NCBI RefSeq assembly: GCF_009914755.1
Contig: NC_060926.1
Length of the DNA: 64,000 nucleotides
Strand: one strand, 5' to 3'
Source of the DNA: the human T2T-CHM13v2.0 reference genome, Homo sapiens
Positions within the stretch are counted from its first letter, which is position 1. The number at the start of each line of letters is the position of its first letter. The position numbers and the translations under genes were made by a program. This document shows, piece after piece, positions 52,793-64,000 of this stretch. Below the pieces are notes generated by a model, which saw nothing but the letters and a program-made list of their open reading frames with translations, was not told the origin of the DNA and searched no databases.

Positions 52793-53205
52793 TGATATGG
52801 TTTGGATGTGGGTCCCCTCCAAATCTCATGTTGAAATGTGATTCCCAGTGTTAGAGGTGGGGCGTGGTGGGAGGTGACTGCATTATGGGGGCGGATCCCT
52901 CAAGAATGGTTTAGTGCCATTCCCTTGGTGATGAGTGAGTTCTCAGTCCACAGGAGAGCTGGCTGTTTAAAGGAGCTGGCTCCTCCTCCTCTCCCCCTCT
53001 TGCCCCTGCTCTCGTCCTGTGATCTGCCTGCTTCTGCTATGCCTTCCACCATGATTGTAAACTTCCTGAGGCCCTCACCAGATGCTGAGCAGACATTGGT
53101 GCCATGCTTGCACAGCCTGCAGAACCATGAACCAATTAAATTTGTTTTCTTTATAAATTACCCAGTCTCAGGTATTCCTTTATAGTAATGCAAAAAAAGA
53201 ATACA
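52793..53205 (+). mobile_element. MSTB-like MaLR solo LTR
   Basis: tgatatggtttggatg...aataca with 5-bp TSD ttgag (52788-52792, 53206-53210). Confidence 0.9.
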
Positions 53206-53983
53206 TTGAGATACTATTCATATGCCATAAAATTCACCCACTGTAAAATTCAGTGGTTTTTAATATATTCAAAGAGTTGTACAACCATAACTAATATCTA
53301 ATTTCAGCACATTTTCATCACTCTAAAAAAGAAACCCAATACTCAGCAGCCACTTCCCATTCCTCCCTCTCCCCAGCCCCCGGAAACTACTAATGTACAT
53401 TCTGTTCATTTGCCTATTCTGTATATTTCATTCTGTCTCTATGCATTTGCCCATTCTGTACATATCACATAAATGGAGTAACACAATATGTGACATTTTG
53501 TGTCTGACTTTTTCACTTAGCATGTTTTCAATGTTCACCTATGTTTTAGTGTGTATCAGTACCTCATTTCTTTTGCTTACCTAATAGTACTCCATTGTAT
53601 TGATAAACTACACTTTGTCCAGTCACCAGTTGATGGACATTTGGGTTATTTCCACTTTTTAGCTCTTTGGAATAATGTTGCCATGACCATTCACATACAA
53701 GTTTTTGTGGAGACATGTATTTTCAGTTCTCAAGGGTGTATACCTAGGAGCAGATTGTTGGATCACATGGTGAGTCTATGTTTAACATTCTAAGAAACTG
53801 TTAAACTGTTTTCCAATGTGGCTATACCATTTTATATTCCCACCAACGAAGTATAAGGGTTCTGATTTTTCTACATCCTTGTCAACACTGTTATGGTCAG
53901 TCTTTTTTATTTAGCTGTCCTACTGGGTACGAAATAGCACCTCACTGTGTTTTTGATTTGTGTTTCCCTCATGATTATGTTAA

Positions 53984-54445
<462 letters not shown>

Positions 54446-55181
54446 TAGTAGTGTTAAGTATGTTCACGTTGCCATAACTTTTTCATCGTGCAAATCTGAA
54501 ACTCTATACTGATGAAACAATAATTTCCCATTTTCTCCTCCCAACTGATAACGACCATTCTATTTTGCCCTTTACCCATTTTAAAACTGGGTTAGTTGGG
54601 GTGTTGTTTTTGTTGTTGCTGAGTTTTAAGAGTTCTTTATAATTCTGGATACAAGTCCCTTATCAGATACATGATTTGTAAATATTTTCTACTCAGTGGG
54701 TTATCTTTTTACTTTCTTGATGGCACCCTTTGAAGCACCAAAATCTTTAATTTTGTTGAAGTCCAATTTGTCTATTTTTCTTTTGTTGCTTGAGCTTTTG
54801 GTAGTATATTTAAGAAGGCACTAACTCAAGGTCATAAAGACTTACATCTAATCTCTTTTTCTAAGAGTTTTATAGTTGTAGCTCTTACATTAAGGGGTCT
54901 ATAATCCATTTTGAATTCGTGTTTCATATGGTATAAGGCAGGGATCCAAATTCATTCTTTTGCCTGTGAATATCCAGTTGTTGTCTCAGCACCATATTTT
55001 GAAAAGACTATTCTTTCCTCCATTGGATGGTCATCACCCTCATTGAAAAATCGACAACAACAAATACAAGGGTTTATTTCTGGAGTCTCAATTCTATCTT
55101 CATGCCAGTATCACCGTCTTGATTACTATTGCTTTGAAGTAAGTCTTAAAATCAGGAAGTGTGAGTCTTCCAAATTTGCTA

Positions 55182-55460
55182 TTCTTTTTTTTTCTTTTTT
55201 CTTTTTTTGAGACGGAGTCTCACTCTGTCGCCCAGGCTGCAGGCTGGAGTGCAGTGGTGCGTGCGATCTCAGCTTACTGCAAGCTCCGCCTCCCAGGTTC
55301 ACGCCATTCTCCTACCTCAGCCTCCTGAGTAGCTGGGACTACAGGCACCTGCTACCACGCCCGGCTAATTTTTTGTATTTTTAGTAGAGATGGGGTTTCA
55401 CCGTGTTAGCCAGGATGGTCTCGATCTCCTGACCTTGTGATCCACCTGCCTCAGCCTCCA
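55182..55460 (-). mobile_element. AluY, 5'-truncated
   Basis: gcaagctccgcc, ttcacgccattc; TSD ccaaatttgct. Confidence 0.92.
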
Positions 55461-55621
55461 AATTTGCTTCTCTTTTTGAAGACTGCTTTGACCATTTTGG
55501 ATCTCTTGTATTTCTATATGAATTTTAGGATCAGTTTATGGGGTTATGCAGAAAAGCAGTTGAGATTTTCATAGAGACTGCACTGAATCTGTAGATGAAT
55601 TGGGGAGTACTGTCATTTTAA

Positions 55622-55987
<366 letters not shown>

Positions 55988-56165
55988 TATTTCTTTCAGC
56001 CATGTTTTCCACTTTTTAGTGCACAAGTTTAGTACTTCTTTGATTAAATATAATCCTATTTTGTTCTTTTTGATGCTACTGTAAATGAACCTGTTTTCTT
56101 AATTTCATTTTCAGATTGTTCATTGTCAATATAGAGAAATATAACTAATTTTTGCATTTTTTGAA

Positions 56166-56244
56166 GTAGGTTGGTACAAAAGTAATTGCAGTTTTTGCCA
56201 TTAAAAGTAACGGGGAAACCACAATTACTTTTGCACCAATCTAA
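56166..56244. mobile_element. MADE1 mariner MITE
   Basis: taggttggtacaaaagtaattgc...caattacttttgcaccaatctaa, ~80-bp palindrome. Confidence 0.92.
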
Positions 56245-56540
56245 TATTTTTGTATTGATTTTGTATCTTATAAACTTGGTAAATTTATTATCTATAATGG
56301 TTTTTTGTGTGTGTTAGGATTTTCTATATACAAGATCATGTCATCTGTGAAGAGAGGTAGTTTTACTTCTTCCTTTTCAATATGGATGCATTTTGCTTGC
56401 TTTCTTGCTTAAGTACCCTGGCTAGGACCTTCAGTACAATGTTGAATAAAAATGGCAGGAGTGGATATCCTTGTCTTTTTCCTGGTTTTAGGGGAAAAGC
56501 TTTCAGTCTTTCACTATTAAGTATGATGTTAACTGTGGGT

Positions 56541-56844
56541 TTTTCTTTCTTAAGAGACAGGGTCTCACTCTGTCACCCAGGCTGGAGTGCCAGTGATGCA
56601 ATCATAACTTACTGCAGCCTCAACCTCCCAGGCTCAAGTGATCCTCCCACCTCAGCCTCCTGAGTAGGCAGGACTACAAGTGTACACCACCAAGCCCAGC
56701 TATTTTTTTTTCATTATTGTTATTATTTTGGTAGAGATAGCGTTTCACTATGTTGCTCAGGCTGGTCTCGAATTCCTGGCTTCAAGTGATTCTCCCTCCT
56801 GAGTCTCTCGAAGGGATTAAAGGTGTGAGCCACTCTGACTGACC
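56541..56844 (-). mobile_element. AluJ
   Basis: TSD actgtgggttttt. Confidence 0.9.
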
Positions 56845-57201
56845 ACTGTGGGTTTTTCATAGATGTCCTTTTTCAGGTTGAGAAAGTTCTCTTCTATTCC
56901 CAGTTTATTGCATTTTTTTTTTATCGTGACAGAATTTTGGGTTTTGTCAAATTCCTTTTTCATATTTATTGAGATGATCTTATTTTTCATCCTTTAGTCT
57001 GTTAACAAGGTATATTATACTGATTTTTGCATGCAAACCAACTTTTGCATTTCAGGGGTAATTCTCACTTGCTCATGTTGTATAGTCCTTTGTATGTTCT
57101 TCCAAATTTGGTTTGCTAATATTACTTTTTTTAAAAAAACTAAGAGATTCAAGACGTAATAGTCTAGAAGTAGCTAATTGGAAAACAGGTAGAAAAATAA
57201 T

Positions 57202-57927
57202 CAGGGTGACTAGTGTAGGCAGAATTCTGTTTACCTTCAGCGAACCCTGTCCTTGTATGATCTCTTCCCCTTTGAGTGTGGGTGGAAGCTATAAATATGA
57301 TAAGCTATCATTCCTTCGATTACATTATGTTATAAGGCAAAAGGGAGATTACACTGGGTGGGCCTGGTCTAATCACATGAACCCCGTAAAAGCCATATTT
57401 CTCTGGCTGGTTGCAGGAAAGAAAATCAGAGAGATGCATTCTAGCTGGCCGAGAAGAAAGCAAATGTTCGTGTTGCAAACTGCCTATGGGGGGCCACATG
57501 AAAAGAAACTGTAGGCAGCCTCTGGGAGCTGAGACTCATCCTCAGCTGGCCGCCAGCAGGAAAATGGGGACCTCGGCACCACAGGTGCAACTAAACAAAT
57601 TGTGCGAACAGGGAGCCAGCAGGAGGCCCTCTAAGCCCTAGGTGATAACTACAGCCTCAACTGACACTTCGATTTCAGCTCAGTGACACCTGGAGTAGAC
57701 AGCCTGGACTTCTGACTTACAAAAACGGAGACAATAAGTTTCCACTATTTTAAGCAGTTAAATTTGTAGTAATTTTTTAATGCAAAAACAAAGTTAAAAC
57801 AGTAAGCACAAGTCCTGGTTTGTCCAAGATAATCACAGTTTATGCATGTTGTCCCTGCATAATTAATAGTGTCTCCTTTCACACTCAAGTGGGTCTGGTT
57901 TTGATGATAAATTACATGGTCACCCTA
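57202..57927. mobile_element. MER94-like hAT-Blackjack MITE split by an MLT1 LTR
   Basis: Left TIR cagggtgac at 57202; body 57810-57927 ending ataaattacatggtcacccta. Confidence 0.7.
57214..57801 (+). mobile_element. MLT1E-like LTR
   Basis: tgtaggcagaattct; cccctttgagtgtgggtgg; ggacttctgactt. Confidence 0.8.
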
Positions 57928-58007
57928 ATAGTCAATCCCTAATAGTCAACAGTCACCCTAATAGTCAATCCCTAATAGTCGATAGTCAATTGACCCTAAT
58001 AGTCAAT
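57919..58007. repeat. Complex micro-repeat with five CCCTAATAGTC copies
   Basis: Read directly from the sequence. Confidence 0.9.
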
Positions 58008-58896
58008 GCATGGGATGTGAGAGAATAAATAACCACCTGAAAGGGTTGCAGGGAAGTGGCGTTCTTCCAGGACAGCCAAATTTCAATGGAGACAGGGGGT
58101 GGAAGAAATGTGCAGAGAAGCAGTTGAAAGTGAAGGCAGCTTGCTGGCCAAGGACCAGCGGTGCTAAAGGGAAGTGAGCTGTGGAGGACTGACTTATGAG
58201 AAAGCTGGGCTGAGGCAGGAAGTACAGACCATGATAAAATGCTGGTGTCACCCAAGACAAGAGGTCAGACAGCTTAAACAAGGACACTGACTGATAGAAG
58301 CAGAGACAGGGGGCATGGCAGACCCAGCCTCAGCAGTTTCTTTGAGAAGAGGTGGCCATTGGGTTAAAGGACTTGATTTTGTATATTCTGTTTTTAATTT
58401 CTCCATGTGTATGTCTTAGCTCTTGCTTGCCACAAGTGGGGATATTGTCTTATAAGTTAAAAAAAAATTGTCTAGTTTTGTACTTTGCACAAAGTTAATT
58501 GTTTAATTATGACACGTGGCTATTTAAAACTGGTCAGGAGCATGCTCAGTAAGCACACCTTTTTCCCATGAATACATATTATCTTTCATAATTCAAGAGA
58601 TGTGAGGAGAGGGACACCAGTCACATGGAAATTGAACACTGCTTCTGACCAAGATAAGTCAACAATCTCAATTGATCCAGGTCTGTCACGAGAAAATTTG
58701 CTCTGACTCCCTGAATGGCTTACTTTTGCTATCACTAATGCCCAAACAACTATGCTGCACATATATAAGCTGTCCATCAACATTTTTTTAAGTAAAGCAA
58801 TATTTATTTAACAGAGATTGTTAAAGAAATCCAAAATACTTCCTCATTTATAGAAGATTTTGAAGAACACAATAAGTAACTTTGTTCAGAGGTGGA

Positions 58897-58915
58897 CTCT
58901 GCCATCTGCTGGGAA
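58897..58915 (-). promoter_or_regulatory. CTCF-like motif
   Basis: Minus strand cCCAGCAGATGGCAGag matches the CTCF core. Confidence 0.6.
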
Positions 58916-59178
58916 GAAAGGTGAAATTTCCATACTATCAACCAGTCAGTTACATAACTACCCTCCATGAAGGCCCTCTACTAACTGTATCTGTGGTACA
59001 GGCGTATTTTGTATCAATGGACATACAGAGTGAGAGACTTCCTGCCAAGGAGTAACTAGATGGGAATCAGATCTATCTTGGTAAAGTGAAACCAAGGAAG
59101 CAGAGATCTGAATGGAAGGCAGAGAAGGAGGCATATTTGCTATGAGCCTTCCTTGCATATCAAGAAAGGCTGAATGAA

Positions 59179-59642
<464 letters not shown>

Positions 59643-60049
59643 TTAATAGGAGCTTGGGAGGGAGGGAAGGAAGTACGCAGGCATGGAGGGAGTTTGGTTT
59701 AAAGTGAATCAGAAAAGCACGTATGCCCAGATCAAGGAAAAGGAAGGTTAAGGCTAAAGACCATTTAATAGTGATTTAAAAAAAAACACACACAATTATA
59801 TACCCAAAATACTTTACTTAAAAAAAACTAACCTATTTAAATATGGTAATAAAAATCCTAGTAAATATTATAGTTAGTTGTTTTAATAAAGTCTTCCTTC
59901 AAAAAGTATAATTTAGTAGGAAAACATAATAATCACTATGGTTAAATTAACCACTTATGTGGGAACCCTTGTTCTGATTACAAGGCTTTATCCCATGTGG
60001 GACAGAGTGTAATTTCCAAACAGATACTGGGTAGAAGATCACTGCGACA

Positions 60050-60607
60050 ATGTCTCCACCACACAGGCACCTTTGCAATGTGACCCTCCCACAACCATCA
60101 CCGGCACCATGAGTGGAGTCCCGTTCTCCTCCCCTTCATTCTGGGCTGGCCTCAGTGACTCTTCACATAAGGCAGAACGCAGCAGAAGTGAGGCTGCACT
60201 CCTCCCACCGCCTGGGGTGAAAGGCCTGTGCCTCGGCCATGCTCTCCTGGACAACTGCTGTCTGGATGCCTCCTCTAGGGATGCTGTCTCTTAAGACACA
60301 GCGGCCAAGAGGTGAGAAGCACAAGCCACATTAAGAGAACACACATAGGTGGCCCCAGTGTCTGTTCCAGCAGATCCCGGCCTTCCCCATCCCAGGGCAT
60401 TCAGACACAGGAGGGAAGAACCCTCCAGTCACTCAAGCCACATCCTCCAACCCTGGTATTTCAGTCACCCCAGCGAAGGCCCCAGATGGCATGGAGCAGA
60501 AAAAAGCCAACCCTCTACCCCATCCAAATCTGCAGGTGTAATCAAATGATTGGTGTTTAATGTCACTAACTTTTGCTGCTTATTATGCAGCAAGAGTCAC
60601 TGGAACA
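60050..60607 (+). mobile_element. Old MLT1 (G/H-like) LTR
   Basis: gcagaagtga; ttatgcagcaa...ctggaaca end. Confidence 0.65.
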
Positions 60608-61115
60608 CCACAGTACTGATGGCAAGGTTACTCAAATATTTATCAAGCGTCTCAAAGAAGAAGACTGATATAACCTTGCATGTTTGAATACAAAAATTAA
60701 TATTTAGTTACTGTCCACTCTCTTATTTCCAGGTAGAGGGACTCTCTGACCCTCACTCACTCCTCTCCTAATCAGACTGGTTGGTTTTAGAGAAGGAAAT
60801 GAACATGCCTAGATCAACCCCTTCCTCTCCCTTTTTTCTTGGGATCTGCACACTCCGCAGAGAGCACGAATTCTCCTCTCCACCCAGATCCATAAATGTT
60901 CAGGATCTGCTCCCTGCTGGAAATGCCAGCAGTTGGGTGGGGGTATATTTGATTCGGGGGCTACTGGCAAGTCCACAGTTTCCCCACAATTAAAACTACT
61001 TTCTCAAACAGACTGCCATTTGCCTAACTCCTGGCTGTCATCTTGTGGGGAGGAAAAGTGAAGTGCAACTAATGAGTCTTCTAAAATTCCAATAGGAACT
61101 ACTATTAGAAATGGT

Positions 61116-61743
<628 letters not shown>

Positions 61744-61789
61744 ATGGGTTAGAAATAGATATTCATTTATTCATTAGGAGACTTAGCTA

Positions 61790-62940
61790 TTCTAGCTGTC
61801 TCCATCTTTCTTAAACCTACTTTAATCGGTTTTTGCCCCCATCACTCCACAGAAACTGTTCTCCAGACAATCTCCACATTGTTAGACAAAGGGTCAGTTC
61901 TTATTCCTTACTTGACTGTTGGCAGCATTTGACACAGTTGATCACTTCCTCCTCCTCAAAACACATTCTTCACTTGTTTTCCAGAACACACACTCTCCTG
62001 GCTTTCATCCCACCTCACTGGAGGCAGGATCTTCCTCTTCTCCCAGATGTCCTCATATTGAAGAGCTTCAAGGGTCAGTTCTTACTCCTCTTTTTCCTGC
62101 TCTATCTTCACTCATTCTCTTCATGGTGTAAGTGGTATCACCCAGTCTCATGGCTATTTTAAATATACGCCATTGACTCCCAGATTTATACTTCTATCTC
62201 AGACTTCTCTCTTAAACTCTAGACTCATAATATACAATGACCTCAACAACTCCATATGGACGGATATCTAATAAGCAACTTAAGTTCAACATGTCCGGAA
62301 CAAACGGTGAATCAAGGTTCATCCTTGATCCTAACATCTAAATGCTCTCCATCCACAGCATTCCCCATCTCAGTCTATGGCAATTCCATCCTTCTATGCT
62401 CAGGACAAAATCTTAGACTTTTCCTTGACTCCTCCGCTCTCACAAGCCACATCCAACCCATTAGGCTGATGTATACAACATATTGTAATTCAATCCTTTT
62501 TACAACCTTTACTACTGTCCGACCATATCTTGTTTTAATTATCATTAGAATTTCTCCTAAATGGTCTCTCTGCTCCTCTCTTTCTTTTCTACTGTCTACT
62601 CTTTACATGGCATCTAGACTGACCATTTAAAAATATAAATCATATCATGTTATTCTTCTATTCAAAACCCTATAAAGACTCCTCATTTCACTCAGAGTAA
62701 AAGTCCTTACAATGGTCAATGGGCCCACATTAATGTTTTCACCTTGTCTCCTACAATCCTCCCCTGCTCATTGCATTCTGGCCATGCTGGCTTCTTTCCC
62801 TGGATTTACAGGTATACCCCTACCCTGAACACTACCTCTTCTCTTCCCCAGATCTCTGCTGGTAAACTTCTAAGAGTGCTCAAATCTCATTTTCTCAACA
62901 AGGCCTATATGACTTCCCTATTCAACCTCCAATCTCCCCA
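61790..62940 (+). mobile_element. L2a-like fragment
   Basis: gcagcatttgacacagttgatcacttcctcc; ttccccatctcagt. Confidence 0.8.
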
Positions 62941-63485
62941 GCCCTAAGTTCCTGACTCCACTTGCTACTCTGCTCATGTTAGAGTCCCATGCAGGTTGGC
63001 AGAAGGGCTGTGCTCCATCCATGCAGGTGCCCAGCCTCCTCCATCTGAGGACTTCTGCCTCAGCCAGTTCCTTTGGAGACCATTCTATTTGGTCAATGTA
63101 TATCGGCAGTGGGGGGTAAAGACAGAGGCACACCTGCTTCAAACTGCCTTGGCTGAGAAGCGATATATATATATATAATATACAACATACCCTCCTTGTG
63201 GCCAGATGGGCCTATATGACTAGTTCTCTCCAGTGGAATTTAAGCAAAGGAAACCGTGGATACTACTGAAACTTCAATCTTCAGGTACCTTTTTGTTCCC
63301 TTTTCTTATGCACAGAGCACCCTTGCCTCCTCCCACCATGCCACACATGCCCAGGCAGAACACGTGCAGTCCAATTCAGTCGGTGCATCCAGGATCTCTG
63401 GATATGGCACAGTCTTCTTCATAAGGATCATACAGAACTCCTTAAGATGCAATCTATGAACTAAAAAGGCAAACTATCTGCACCA

Positions 63486-63783
63486 GGCCGGGCGCGGTGG
63501 CTCACGCCTGTAATCCCAGCACTTTGGGAGGCCGAGGCAGGTGGATCACGAGGTCAGGAGATCAAGACCATCCTAGCTAACACGGTGAAACCCTGTCTCT
63601 ACTAAAAATACAAAAAATTAGCCAGGCGTGGTGGTGGGCACCTGCAGTCCTAGCAACTCAGGAGGCTGAGGCAGGAGAATGGCGTGAACCCAGGAGGCGG
63701 AGCTTGCAGTTAGCCGAGATCGCGCCACTGCACTCCAGCCTGGGCGACAAAGCGAGACTCCATCGCCAAAAAAAAAAAAAAAA
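63486..63783 (+). mobile_element. AluY
   Basis: Y diagnostics; TSD aaactatctgcacc. Confidence 0.95.
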
Positions 63784-64000
63784 CTATCTGCACCGTCCCT
63801 TCCTGCTCCCAATATACAACGGTGGAGCCGGAGCAGGAGTTTCTTCCTTATCCGATATCCTTCTGGGCCAGGTGGGCTCTGGCATACCCTCCAGAGGGGC
63901 TGCACAACCTTCACAACCCATCAACCTACCCTGCCAGACCAAGTTCTCAGAGGTTTTTTGTTTTTTTTTTTTTAAATAGTAGTTTTATAGCTCAAATATT

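Noticed and set aside
57919-58007. Interstitial telomere or CRISPR-like array
   Set aside because: CCCTAA is never tandem here and derives from the MITE TIR junction; there are no unique spacers, and the context is human.
63886-63902. Third CTCF-like motif cctccagaggggctg
   Set aside because: Core spacing is off by one base; weak match.

Overview
Human non-coding genomic DNA. The species call rests on an AluYb8-lineage element at 44142-44420 and two hominid SVA elements. I see no recognisable protein-coding exon; the long ORFs in the track come from Alu, SVA-VNTR or L1 sequence. The window is mostly repeats: about 48 Alu pieces, many old L1M and L2 fragments, MaLR/ERV LTRs (MLT1, MLT2, MST, LTR15-like) and DNA-transposon relics (Tigger4a, MER58, MER5, MER3, MER94, MADE1). 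It holds a full-length SVA_A-like element on the minus strand (about 25254-28063), nested in an Alu tail inside L2. A second, 5'-truncated and younger SVA on the plus strand (about 31864-32472) sits in a multi-layer insertion hotspot; both SVAs appear to carry 3' transductions. The unique islands contain several minus-strand exon-like segments with good splice signals and only short ORFs, so the window probably lies inside an alternatively spliced minus-strand lncRNA (or UTR region) that I cannot name. Smaller observations are tiny polyadenylated retro-inserts, several template-switch hairpins and micro-duplications, two co-oriented CTCF-like motifs and a speculative set of spliced micropeptides. 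I found no convincing new biological system. Repeat subfamily names come from recalled consensus features, and boundaries of old repeats are approximate.
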